The translations under genes were made by a program, and so were the position numbers. From Eledone cirrhosa (lineage: Eukaryota): 64,000 nt of DNA. The DNA is taken from positions 48,422,001 to 48,486,000 of the forward strand of contig OZ024743.1 of the NCBI GenBank assembly GCA_964016885.1. Direction: 5' to 3'. Numbering within the stretch: position 1 is the stretch's first letter; every line of letters begins with the position of its first letter. Positions 1 to 16,961 of the stretch are shown in pieces. A model generated the notes under the pieces. It ran no database searches. It was not told the origin of the DNA and saw nothing but the letters and a program-made list of their open reading frames with translations.

Positions 1-343
1 CTAAAGTGGTTGGCAATAGGAAGGCACTCAGGTGTAGAAACCATGCCAAACTGGAATGTAGGAGCAAGGTGTCATCATCTGATCAGTCCAGTCCCAATAT
101 GTAACAATCTGTCCAACCCATGCCAAACTGGAATACAGATGTATTTCTTTCATCATCATAATTACCATTTTACAAGATATTTCTTTAAAATAGAAAATAA
201 TAGAGATTAGATAATAGGAAAATTATGTTAAGAATTCAAGAATGGCAGTCCATTATTTCTTGAGTGTTAAAAAAATTGATGATAAATCATCTATTTGCTA
301 TAGAATTAAAAGGGGGCTTCATATAGAAAAAATGTATTGGTTG

Positions 344-388
<45 letters not shown>

Positions 389-1075
389 AACAGTTGAGAA
401 ATAGTCAGTTGTAATTACCTTGATTTCTATTTACTTTTAAAAGTGTAATGGAAAAAGTTTTAATTACTTTTCTGTGTTAATTAGCTGTCAGTAAGGCACC
501 TTTTAAAAAATAACATAGAATTAAATAACATTTAAAAATAAAAGATCATTTAGCATTCATAGTTCAGAATAGACATGGTTAATTGGTAAAAATTGAGAAT
601 ATTTTATAGTACATGAACATTTGTTACACTGGGAGGAGAAGAAAAATTTGAATTTACAATGTAATATAATTCTTAGGTACATAAAAACATCCTTTATAAA
701 AAGATGAGAAGTGATATATAGGGAAAATGATGATAATGACTTGAAGATGCACCTAATGTTTTGATATGAACATGTAAATTTACAGTACACAATGGAATGA
801 AATTAGTTCACACAAAATAAATTGTAGGACGTAAGCAGCAGCATACACCTGCACAAATGTAACCTTGGAAATGAACCTTAGAGATGAACTCATAGCTGAA
901 ACCAGTCAGTACAAAAAAAAAAAAAAAATCAAACTAACCATTTTTCTTTCTGTGGAAAAAACTATAATTTATTTTTGTATGAACTAATTTCTTTTGATTG
1001 TGCAACGTAAATTTGCATGTGTGTATAGAAAAAACGTAAGGTGCACCTTCAACTCATTATTGATCTTTTTCCATA

Positions 1076-1294
1076 GGGTGGTGGATTGGCAGTATCGGTA
1101 GAGGGTCGGACGCCATGCTTTGCAGCATAGAGTTACGGCCCTTTATGATCTGAGTTCAAATCTCACCGACGTTAACTTTGCCTTTCATCCTTACGGGGTC
1201 GATAAAATAAAGTACCAGTCACGAACTGGGGTCGATTTAATCGACTTTTCCCTCCCCAAAATTGCTGGCCTTGTGCCTATATAAGAAACCATTA
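1076..1294 (+). mobile_element. tRNA-derived SINE, family with ctttcatccttncggggtcgataaaataaagtaccag body (Meta-domain-like)
   Basis: A-box-like (tggcagtatcgg) and B-box-like (gagttcaaatc) head. Body recurs in decayed form at ~18420-18510, ~30050-30200 (-), ~37600-37660 and ~52200-52310. Confidence 0.75.
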
Positions 1295-1807
1295 TTTATC
1301 TTTTCCTATATAACATGATTTCTACAGAATTCTTTAACTTTCCAACTTTAAAAATATTTCACTATATATTATATATTGGTAATCAATCATAAATAGATTA
1401 TCTAACCACCACCACTACCCTGACCTATATAAAGCTATTTCAGACATTCAAGGCCACCATAGGATGTAGCTGAATCTTTGATGTCATTTTGTCCTATCTT
1501 CATATATACATATTTCTGTGACAGCTCATTGGTGTGTAGTAAATATTATTTTATTTGTAAATAGTTGGAAGACCAATCATCTTGTCTTGTGCCCATTTCT
1601 TACTGTCCTATGTGCACTGGAGTTGGTGATATAAACCCTAATGCACAGAAATCCCAAGGGCCTCCAGTGGTCAGGTGATGAGACGGGGCTGGTTGCAATC
1701 ATCCGTTTTTCCGTTGTCTTCACCCACCTTTTTTTTTTAGATTAATTTTATAAGATTGTAATTGCACAGGTCATTCTTTCAAATCAAATTATATATATAT
1801 ATATAGG

Positions 1808-2603
1808 GAGTGTAACGTGCAGTTACTGTAGGTTCTCCCAGGTGAGCACTCGATGCATAGTTTCCCACCTGTAAAGAGGTGTAGAACTAAGCGGAGTATA
1901 AAGATAATAATAAAAGGATGATTTGTTATGTCTTCATTACGTTTATTGAGTAGTGACGTGCTCGTTTCCCTATTGATCAGCTCCTGGTTCGATCTGTATT
2001 GATTTGGCCTGACTCTGGAATCAAAAGCTCATCAGACCTCTGCTGTGGTAATGACAGAATGAACATATAGAGCCTAGAGATGTCCGTAACAATTCACATT
2101 CATTTATGGTGGTCAGTTCCTGTTGTTTTGATTGGTGGTTTTGCTATAAGGAATGTTTTGGTATGTGATAGGTGGGGGCGGAGTATACCAGATCAAATGG
2201 TCCATAAGGACACACGTGGCCCAACATTCCACTGGAGGAAGCCACTGCAGGTTTTACCTGGCAGAATGGGCAGAGATCATTAAATTAAAATTGGCTATTA
2301 ATTTGAGATTGGAAATCATCATAACTGCAGGCACACCAGAAAGCATTCATTCTCTTCCATGGTATTCGGGCAGGAACCACGGACAGACCAAAACGTAACC
2401 ACTTGAACTCCGACAAATTGTTACAGACATCTCTAAGCTCTATATGTTCATTCTGTCATTACCACAGCAGAGGTCTGACGAGCTTTTGATTCCAGAGTTG
2501 GGCCAGATTGATACAGATCGAACTTTGAGCTGATCAATAGTGAAACGCACATAACTACTCAATAAACGTAATGAAGACATAACAAATCGTACTTTTATTA
2601 TAT
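1808..2603. mobile_element. Truncated Penelope-like element with inverted pseudo-LTR arms
   Basis: ~1910-2095 is the reverse complement of ~2416-2600. The spacer reads YQIKWSIRTH...CRFYLAEWAEII..LRLEII/NCRHTRKH on +, resembling the C-terminus of the Penelope GIY-YIG domain. Confidence 0.75.
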
Positions 2604-3269
2604 ATAATGTGGCAACCAATTTGTACTAGCTTTGGGAAATGTTAATTTGATATCTTCCTCCCTCTCTCCGTAGACATGACCATTGTTAAAGTAGCAGCTA
2701 CCTACTTATACATATCACGGAGCAATAAAATCATCTATATGTCTGTCTTTCTTGTCTGTCTGCCTATCTATCAATCTACATATTTATCTACCTACATATA
2801 AGCCTATCTACTTACCTCTCTGTTTACCTACCTACCTGTTTGTCTGTCGAACCTATTTTTTGGAACAACAACAACAACAACAACAAAAAAGTGCAAATCC
2901 CAATACCCAATATCAGTCTGCCGATAGACAGATAGAACAGTCATTGCAATTTAAAGAAAATATAGAAGAAAATTATTGTAATTGATTTAAATGAATATAA
3001 AATGAGATTCAGTGATGGCCAGAGTGACAAGATGGAGGTCAAGGAAAACTGCAGGCTTTTTATTGTCAAGATACAGGAAGTGGGCTGAGGACTGAACACC
3101 TGTCTGTATATTGAATTCCTTACTAAACTCATTCCAAACATCGTTACAGAGGATGTCGTAATCAAGGAATTATTAAAACTAATATTTTTTTAAAACTCTG
3201 CCACTTTTAACAGGTATTAAGCTAGGATTACATATATTTGTGTGTCATATTACACACATCTCACGGCCA

Positions 3270-4620
3270 TCATTTTATATCTGTTTTTCCATGCTTATAT
3301 GGGTTGGACAGGTTTTTTGTTGCAATCCCATGTCATCTCCTCTGTGAAGTCCAGCGCTTTAAGGTCTGCTCTTGTGACTTCTGCAGCTCCCTTCCACTAG
3401 AAACTTCTGGCACTTCTTCACCCAAAGAGCATCATCCATACACAGCTCATGTCCACACCAGAACAGTCTTCTCTCTTGCACACCACATTTAATTCATTTT
3501 ATAACCAGTTTCTCTCTCAGCTCATCCATGCCTCACCACTCACACATCCATCAGAGCACACTTACTCCACGTTTCATTCCCATGCAACATTGCATTTCAC
3601 ATGCAGGCTTTTCATTCTAAACAGACAGGAAGTGGGCTGAGGACTGAACACCTGTCTGCATATAGAATTCTTCACTAAACTCATTATTTACTCTCACTTT
3701 ACTGACAGGGCAAGTACATGACTTGCCCTGCTCTTATAAACCACTTATCTACACCAAGTTTCTTCAAGGATTACCAGATTGCAGATTAACAGAGAACTCT
3801 GTCAAAGGACTTCTCCAAGTCAACAAAAGTTAGATATAGTGGCTTACATTTAGTTAGGAACTTCTCATTAAATTTGATTATTTTCATAATTATTACTCAA
3901 ATCCCTTTTGTCACAGTTAATGATTATACTGCTGTGCCAGTCATTGGGGATGACACCATCATGTATTACTTGGTAGACTATGTGGGTGACTCGCTTGCCC
4001 CCTACTTCCTCAGATTATTCCGGCATTTCTGTGACTATCTTTGATGGTCCAGCAACTCTTCCATTTTGCTGTGATTGCATCTTTGATCCTGTAACTGTCA
4101 ACTTTGATAGCTTGTCCCTCTGTTGAGTTTACTGGATGTAGTCCTTCCTTCTCTTCATTCTACACATTCACCAACCTCTCATAACATTTCCAAGCTTCTT
4201 CTGAGTATGTGCAATGATGTCATTACAAACTCACTTTTCCCCAGCAACATCCTGATTTAGACTGACACACTGTTTTGCATTGTGGAACACCTTGTAAAAT
4301 GTTGGCAAGCCTCTTGCTTTCAGCCTCATCACATACTATGTAAACTTGTCATCTAACTTCTGTTTTAGCTACTCGATATTGCCCTCATTTTCCAGTCTTG
4401 CCATACCTGTCTCACAACTTTAACACTTCTGTCTACAATACTGTTCTTTATGTGACTGCTACCTGACTCCAACTACCTTGTCAGTGGCCTGCAGTAGCTT
4501 ATACACAAACTTCCAATTGTCCTCTGTCAAACATATCTGTCTCTTCCTTCCTTTCATCGTACATGTCACTTAGAGCCTTTTCATTTCAAAAGAGTGGTCC
4601 TTCAACTTCCATACCCTTCT
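3270..4620 (-). mobile_element. Highly decayed RTE LINE fragments
   Basis: Remnants matching the younger RTE copies: gtccacacca (WxGH region), acttctccaagtcaacaaaag (AFVDLEK), ccagtcattggg (PNDW). Confidence 0.6.
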
Positions 4621-5039
4621 TTTCTAGATTGTCCTGCATTTTTGATTCTGTGGTGGTGGTGGTGGTGGTGCGTGTGTGTCCTCTCATTAGTATTCTCCCT
4701 ATTCGGTATAAGATTTAGAACACAAAGTAGTGTTGATGTGTATATCCTACCGAAGCAAAGTGGAACCTGCTTTTGCTAAATGATGATATCTTCATACATG
4801 TCTACAGACTTTGATATATGATATCTGAAATAATAAGACAAGGTGAAGATGTTAATTAATCCATTGTTTTATGATCGTTTCAGAGAGAAAAATTATGAAT
4901 GTTTATGAGGATAGACAGCATAGTGGATGTGGCATGGGATAACTGCCATTCACTGATCTGCACATAAACAATTTAGTTCTCGAATCATCTGTAAAACAAT
5001 GAAAGATAAGACCATGTAGTGAATTAATCCATTGTTCAA

Positions 5040-8800
<3,761 letters not shown>

Positions 8801-8804
<4 letters not shown>

Positions 8805-9462
8805 GAACTAAGGAAAAAATTAGAGATAAGAGGGATCAGATGTTGTTTACTCGAGAGAAGGCTACGTTGGTATGGACACGTGATGCGCATGAAAGTCGAT
8901 AGCTGTATAACAAAGTGCAGGGCAATAAAGATAGACGGTAGTCACGGAATAGGCAGACCTAGAAAAACCTGGGACGAGCTGATAAACTCCGACATCACAC
9001 ACTTACACCTCTCCAAGACAATGTCACTGGACCGAGACCTTTGGCAGTACTCAGTAACAGAGAAGACCCGCCTTAACTAAATATATAGTAAATCTACTCC
9101 AGCCAGTAGGCATCTCTAACAAAATACATCCCGTCCTACCACCCCCACCCCATCCACACCACCCCATTCTACGTAAAGTTATGTTGGTGCCGCGCCATCC
9201 AGGCCGAAACAAATGAGATCGTGTAGGTGTCACGACATAAAACACACAGTCCACGCTGTAATATGGCCGTGTAGGCAACACGGTAAAAACCTCCCTGACC
9301 CACACTATAAATGTGCTTGGTGTTAGGAAGGGCATCCAACTGTAGAAAACCTGCCAGACAGTCCTATGCGAGCAAGACAATCACTCTTGCCTCAAGTGGG
9401 ACTACCCCCGTCCAAACCCATGCAAGCGTGGAACACGGACGTTAAACGTTGATGATGATGAT
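8801..9462 (+). mobile_element. 5'-truncated RTE LINE, family A (3' end)
   Basis: [30 protein letters not shown]...GRPRKTW, 3' UTR and (GAT)n tail. Near-identical to 20684-21335 and 61696-62375. Flanked by (TA)n on both sides. Confidence 0.92.
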
Positions 9463-9537
<75 letters not shown>

Positions 9538-9562
9538 ATATATATATGTATATATATATATG

Positions 9563-9631
<69 letters not shown>

Positions 9632-9648
9632 GTGTGTATATATATACG

Positions 9649-10193
9649 GGTCGTTGGCGACTAAACTGACAACCCCACCAAGGTTTCTTGGTGAGGAGGG
9701 TGACTTTGGACATTCTGCAGGACTAAAAACAAAACCTGTCAAAGGGCAAAGGAGCTGTTAAGAGTCAATGGCCATCCAAAATCACCGGGAGAGATGACCC
9801 CTTAGCCTTTGTCAAGGCAGAATTCTAGGAGAAGGAAAACTCTATCACACCTGCAACCCTGATGATATCCAATGATGTTGACTTGTTCTTCTTTTTGGTA
9901 AATATCATCTTGGTTAAGAGAGTGGGACTGGCTTTGTGCAGTGCCTTTGCTCACTATAAAAACTTCACGGCACAGGCATTGCTTTATATCTGGAGATCTC
10001 TCTGCACTTGTCGTCACATGGTACCATGGGCCCAGCACTATGTGTCAATAATTGTCACATGTGTAGTGTTTGTACCAAAATTTTCAAGTCGCTGGCCGGA
10101 CTGAAAAGTCACACTCGTTCAGCGCATCGGTAGGGGTCCTCCTACATGGATATAAAGTAGTGGCCGTACTCGAAAACGAGTTGGCAGCCACCA
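9649..10193 (+). mobile_element. Short bipartite RTE-type element (5'-leader-like part plus C2H2-encoding 3' end)
   Basis: 5' part contains gaaggaaaactct (RTE-leader-like) and is repeated at 14155-14431. The 3' part encodes [22 protein letters not shown], a C2H2 finger typical of RTE C-termini. Sits between TA arrays. Confidence 0.6.
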
Positions 10194-10337
10194 TATATAT
10201 ATATATATATATCATCATCATCATCATCATCATTTCATTTTACGTCCGCTTTTTCCCTGCTTGCAAGGGAACTCAATGTGATCAGAATGACTTGTATTTT
10301 AATTTCACTGTCCTAACTTCTTATATTATGGAAAAAA

Positions 10338-10896
<559 letters not shown>

Positions 10897-11019
10897 ACAA
10901 AACGAAAGTTATAGAGAAAATTGAGGTTGGTAATGGCACATGGAATATATAAGAGACAGAATACTTTTTTGTGAAAAAACATATAATTTTATAAGGTAAG
11001 GAAATAATAAAGGGTATAA

Positions 11020-11067
11020 AAAATGACCGGTTTCGATGGGTCTGCAAAAGCCATCTTTTCAAATGTT
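11020..11067 (-). ncRNA. Minimal hammerhead-ribozyme-like motif (U3-A8 core variant)
   Basis: Minus strand: aacat-TTGAAAA-GATGG[cttttgcagac]CCATC-GAAA-CCGG-TC-atttt. Perfect 5-bp stem II, palindromic stem III (ACCGGT), GUC site. Confidence 0.6.
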
Positions 11068-11410
11068 GATTAATATTAAGAAAAATTAATAATACGAAGA
11101 GTTAAAATTTGAGATTTGAAAATTCAAGTATAAAATTCATTGTGGGATTTCATAGTAGTTTTCATCTTGGTAGCAACAAGTTGACTGCTGTGTGCCTTTC
11201 TGGTAGTGAATGAGAAGTTATTTGGGGGTGTGGGTTATTTTATAAAGGTCAGATTTAGCAACGGCCAGCTGGCCAGTGAGGGGGTGGAAGCAATATACAT
11301 ACATATATCTTCCTGTGGTTGGTAGGAGAGGGGAGCGTGATAGAAAGGGATTTAGTGCACTTACACCTATATATACACACATACCTTCATCCACACATAC
11401 ATACATACAC

Positions 11411-11453
<43 letters not shown>

Positions 11454-11660
11454 TATACACACATACATACACACACACATACATATACATACACACACAC
11501 ATATATACACACATACACACACATATATATATACACACACACATATATATATACATACACATACATCCAGATACACACATACATACACACACACATATAT
11601 ATATATATATACACACACACCCACACCCACACACATATACACATACATACACCCACACAC

Positions 11661-12263
11661 AGAAATGGCCTCCAAACATATATATACATATATATATATA
11701 TACATACATACACATATATTTTTTCCATAATATAAGAAGTTAGGACAGTGAAATTAAAATACAAGTCATTCTGATCACATTGAGTTCTTCATGTAGATTG
11801 GGCCCCGCAACCGACAGTGGTGAATTCTGTGTGCGCATATATATATAGATATATGTGTGTGCACGTGCAGGGTTTAACATGGATGTGTTGGTCACACAAA
11901 GGCATGGTCTGTCAACGAATAAACCTGATTCTACAGAATTGGTCTCTACTATTAAATTGGTCACTACTATTAAAGACCAGAGACCAATTCTGTAGAATCA
12001 GGTTTATTCGTTGACAGACCATGCCTTTGTGTGACCAACACATCCATGTTAAACCCTGCACGTGCACACACATATATCTATATATATATGCGCACACAGA
12101 ATTCACCACTGTCGGTTGCGGGGCCCAATCTACATGAAGAACTCAATGTGATCAGAATGACTTGTATTTTAATTTCACTGTCCTAACTTCTTATATTATG
12201 GAAAAAATATATGTGTATGTATGTATATATATATATATATATATATGTTTGGAGGCCATTTCT
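11661..12263. repeat. ~285-bp-arm near-perfect palindrome
   Basis: 11661-11947 is the reverse complement of 11979-12263, with a 31-bp spacer. Confidence 0.95.
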
Positions 12264-12289
12264 CTGTGTGTGTGCATGTGGATGTATGT

Positions 12290-12334
<45 letters not shown>

Positions 12335-12357
12335 GTGGGTGTGTGTGTATATATATA

Positions 12358-12617
12358 TCATCATCATCATCATTTCATTTTACGTCCGCTTTTTCCCTGC
12401 TTGCAAGGGTGAGACGGTAACTGATTCTGGCTTGGTTTCTACAGCTGGATGCCCTTCCTAACACCAACCTCATTTACAGTGAGTGCTGGATGCTTTTTTG
12501 CCGTGGCACCTCCACGACCACTTTACAGTGGAATGATAGGGACCTCAGTCCCTATCATCTCATTTCTACAGTTGAGTAAACTGGAGCAATGTGAAATAAA
12601 GTGTCTTGCTCAAGGAC
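12358..12617 (-). mobile_element. 5'-truncated RTE-tailed SINE
   Basis: Matches the 24813-25145 body and (CAT)n tail. Breaks at caaggacac. Confidence 0.85.
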
Positions 12618-12829
12618 ACTATATTCCATGTGCCATTACCAACCTCAATTTTCTCTCTCTCTCTATATATATATATATACGTGTGTGTATATATATATAT
12701 ATACGTGTGTGTGTATATATATATGTGTGTATATGTATGTATATATATGTTCTGGTTTTATAGTTTCACAAATTTTTGCCAATAGAGAGTTGGTTTCTAA
12801 CATAGTTACAAGACTCTCTCATTGGAATT

Positions 12830-14038
12830 TACACATCAACTAGGTAGATATGTATGGATGTTATTGTATGTGTGGATATGGGTGTTATTGTATGTGTGGA
12901 TATGGGTGTTACTGTATGTGTGGATGTGGATGTTTTGAGTTGTATGTGTATATGCTTTGTATCTGTACATGTGTATATGCAGTTATTAGATGCAGAATTT
13001 TTGGAATGTTTTATATATATTTTTTTTATTGTTCCATTAATGGATTGCACTTGTAATTTCCTAACTAGTTGTGTTCTTTCTGTTTCTGTGAAGCCTAGCT
13101 TCTCAAGATTTGTATTGAGGCAGTTACTAATATACCCCAGCGCCCCAATAACCACAGGCATAAATCTGAAGGTGTAATCAGGGTGGAGTATCTGCAGATT
13201 TCTCATTAGTTCTGCATAAATATTCTCCTTTTCGCTAATCTTTGATATTATATTGGCATCTGCTGGACAGATAACATCCACTACTGTGCATGCCTTCTTT
13301 TCCCTGTCCCATATCATTATATCTCGTCTGTTATGCCTGCATTTTATTGGGGTTTTTACTGGAACATTCCACCAGTACTCTGTCATATTATTTATATGTA
13401 TGTCTTCCACATTGCTGTAGCTTTTAATGTGTTTATTATCGGGGCTATCTTTTCTACGGATTGCATTGTACACTGTTTTGGCCACTAGATCATGCCTCAT
13501 AGGTAGACAGTACCATGGTGACATCTTTGGACAGCTGCTTATGACAAATGTATCCTTCAAATGGTGACATCTTTGGACAGCTGCTTATGACATATGTATC
13601 CTTCAAAATGGGAGCCAATATAGCGGTTGTTGGTCCAAGATAGACTACTTTCTTTATTCATATTACTCTCACTCTGGAGCTTCCTGGCAACATATCCATG
13701 CATGATTTTTTGCTGATAAGCATGCAGTTTTTCATCCATGGATTCACTGCGGTACAGCTGGGCAACTTCCCTGGGTGTGAGTTTTTGATTATCATGCAGA
13801 CAATATCTTTGAAGGAGTTCCTTCCCAACTCTCATGATCTTATGTCTCATGCAAATAGACTTGCTTGATAGATGGTATCCTACACTTCGAGGTTCGTAAA
13901 TGTTGTCGGAGGGATATGATGCGACATTCAAATGCTGTCTGGACTGATGTTAGACCTCTGCCTCACTGTTTACGTTTCAAGGCCTATGTCACTGTTGATG
14001 TGGAAGTTTCCAGTGTTGTTTAGTATTTTTCGAGTCGT
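12830..14038 (-). mobile_element. R4/Dong-clade non-LTR retrotransposon fragment (restriction-like endonuclease)
   Basis: ISSCPKM...MRHDLVAK...WWNVPVKT...HNRRDIMIWDREKK..VVDVICP..K..Y..L...PVVIGALG: RHD plus degenerate PD..D RLE motifs. Frameshifted and deleted. Confidence 0.85.
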
Positions 14039-14097
14039 GTGTGGGTGTGGGTGTGGGTGTGGGTGTGGGTGTGTGTGTGTGTGTGGGTGTGTGTATG

Positions 14098-14431
14098 TCA
14101 GGTCACCAGTTGGTGCTACTGGTAACGTATCCCAGTACAACCTGTCACATGGTCGGGTCGTTGGCGACTAAACTGGCAATCCTACCAACGTTTCTTGGTG
14201 AGGAGGGTGACTTTGGACATCCTGCAGGACTAAAAACAAAACCTGTCAAAGGGCAAAGGAGCTCTTAAGAGTCAATGGCCATCCAAAATCACCGGGAGAG
14301 ATGCCCCCTTAGCCTTTGTCAAGGCAGAATTCTAGAAGGAAAACTCTGATATAACACCTGCAACCCTGATGTTATCCAATGATGTTGACTTGTTCTTCTT
14401 TTGGTAAATATCATCTTGGTTAAGAGAGTGG
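14098..14431 (+). mobile_element. Second, 5'-extended copy of the RTE-leader-like sequence
   Basis: Highly similar, with scattered substitutions, to 9649-9925. Confidence 0.6.
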
Positions 14432-14600
14432 TTTTTTGGTCTCTTGTCTTGAAAGTCCTCAAGATCCAGCCAGCAAGTCTGCACATTGTTGTTATTTTCA
14501 TGACGTGTGAATGAAACGAATCAGCATCGCTCATGTTTACACCTGATCTCATATTGATTTCAACACAGGAATATTGATCCCTCCTGGTCCGGTGTAGCTT
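14432..14600 (-). mobile_element. CR1-like LINE fragment
   Basis: GVNMSDADSFHSHV...CRLAGWILRTFKTRD, a post-RT motif of CR1/L2-group elements. Confidence 0.7.
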
Positions 14601-15779
14601 TGTTGTACTGTCCTTGTGTTTACAGGTTGATGTGTGTGTGTGTTTGTGTGCGCGCGTGCATACATACATGTGTATGTGTGTACTAGTAGAGGTACCTGGC
14701 CATGCCTGGGTACTTCATGAAAGTAACTATAATTTTGCACACATTACAAAATATTTCACATGTGTAATAGAACCCCTGTGCATTTTATCCTGAAATTGGA
14801 TACACTGAGTTACTGTATAAGTGTACTGAAGCAGGCTTTTGCAATGAACTGTTTATGGAAATAAATGCCTCATTCATATTGCTTTAGCTATATGCACAGA
14901 TATCAGTGTATGTATATTGAATAATGGATATATGGGTACACAACATATTTGGTACAAATTTTAAATAAAGTGGGTTTTTTTTTCACATTTTATCCATTCT
15001 ACTTCTATTTCTTAGCCTCTATCTCTTTCTCTCTCTCTCTTTTTGTCATTATTTCATTTTCTCTCCTCTATTCTATTATCATTTCTCTCTCTCCTTACTT
15101 TTTTCTCAGTCTCATTCAAACCCCCACCTCATCCTGCCACTCTTTTTCATTCTTTCATGCTGTTTGGCAAATTGGGGTTGATATAATAAGTAATAGATTG
15201 AAATAGATTGCCCCAGTATGATTTCAGACCAGTCAAGTGGCTGAAACCAGGAAAAGGTTAGGTTTATTGTTTTTGTTCCAAAATTAAATTTGCCAATGGA
15301 AAGTGACTGAAAAATATGCAAAATGTATGCCATTTAATGTGTGTAAGTCTGAGTGAAAATGTTTGATATTGCATCACACCCACACACACATTCTCTCACA
15401 CACACACGGACACATGCGCGCGCACACACACGGACACATGCGCGCGCGCACGCACACACACACAGGCACAATTCTCAGATAGATTAAGGAAGCTAAATAT
15501 ATAAAAGAAAATACACCTAACCTCAATAGGAAGCATGAAAGGAATAACAACCCCACAAACTAAGGACACAGAAGAAATCTAAAAGGATACACAAGCAGAC
15601 AAACCCCCTGTCCCCCAAAGAATAGAGAAATTGAAGGAAAAAAATTGACCCACACACCCACACAAAATCTTGGAGGTGAGAAGATACAAGATGTAACGAC
15701 ACATACATACTTAAACATGCCTAACACAGAAGCTTGCAAATGTAATGGAAAACATGCACACACATGCACACGCCACAAA

Positions 15780-16022
15780 CACCATAAAACGAGAAGATAG
15801 AGTAAAGAGAAACAAAACAAAGAGGAGACACAAGAACAAGAATTGTCATTGGGAATATCACAGGATGTGTGACGAAAGAGTTTTGACAGTTGATAATAAA
15901 TATGACAATTAAAACAACCAATAAATTCAATAAATTGATTAGTTACCTAACAAGTAATAAACTGAAAGTGAAACTCCTGGTGCATATATTTTTATTGAGA
16001 GCATGACCATCCCAAAGTATAA
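15780..16022. repeat. Unclassified interspersed repeat, second copy at ~17700-17945
   Basis: Shared blocks tgtgtgacgaaaga..ttgaca and gtgaaa...tggtgc...catgacc.tcccaaag.ataac. Both copies end at (TA)n. Confidence 0.6.
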
Positions 16023-16057
16023 CATATATATACTTATATATACATATATATATATAT

Positions 16058-16400
16058 GGAGGCACATGGCTTAGTGGTTAGAGCATTGGCCTTGCAATCG
16101 AAAGGTTGTGAGTTTAATTCTCAGACCGGGTGATGTGTTGTTTCCTTGAGCAAGACATTTTATTTCACATTGCTCCAGTTTACTCAGCTGTAGAAAATGA
16201 GGTGATAGCGACTGGGGTCCCTATCATTCCACTGTAAAGTGGTCGTGGGGATGCCACGGCAAAAAAAAAGCACCCAGCACTCACTGTAAATGAGGTTGGT
16301 GTTAGGAAGGGCATCCAGCTGTAGAAATCAAGCCAGAATCAGTTGCCGTCCCACCCTTGCAAGCAGGGAAAAGCGGACGTAAAATGATGGTGATGATGAT
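16058..16400 (+). mobile_element. tRNA/CORE-type SINE with RTE family-C tail
   Basis: Head ggcttagtggttagagc...gtttaattc; CORE-like ccttgagcaagac; tail cccaccttgcaagcagggaaaagcggacgtaaaatgatg. Confidence 0.9.
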
Positions 16401-16961
16401 ATAGATATATATATATATAATCATCATAATCATCTAACGTCTATTTTCCCACACTAGCATGTATTAGACGAGTTGTTGCATTGTGAGAGGTCATATCAGG
16501 TGACCATGTCTTACCCCTTACCCATGCAGAACTGATTCTGGTTTGGTTTCTACAGCTGGATGGCCTTCCTAATGCCAGCCACATTTACAGTGTGTACTGG
16601 GTGCTTTTTGTCATAACACCTACATGACCACTTTACAGTGTGGTTTGGGTGGTGTGGTGCATGTGGATTGGGGAGGTAAACCTAGGGACGTGGGTGAGGG
16701 GTGGGGTGTTAGGACATAGGAGTTGAAGGTGCATACTAGATGTATACTTCAACTCAAGCATGGGGGAAAGCGGGAACCACCAATAATTGAAGAATCCTCC
16801 ATACTCTTCAGGGGAGTTTAATTCTTCAAAAGCTAAGAGAAATTGACCAAGGAATCATAGATACTGTTTCATTTCCCAAGGCAGCATGTTGGAATAAAAA
16901 CATGCGTAGTTTTATGTGATCAAAAATCTCCTAGCATATATGCATACATAAACACATATAT

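Noticed and set aside
560-912. Decayed Penelope end with a hammerhead remnant (gatgaactcatagctgaaaccagtc)
   Set aside because: Too degenerate: the core and stems cannot be fitted reliably.
10054-10133. Host C2H2 zinc-finger exon
   Set aside because: A single finger followed by a stop, without TGEKP linkers or splice sites. It fits an RTE C-terminus.
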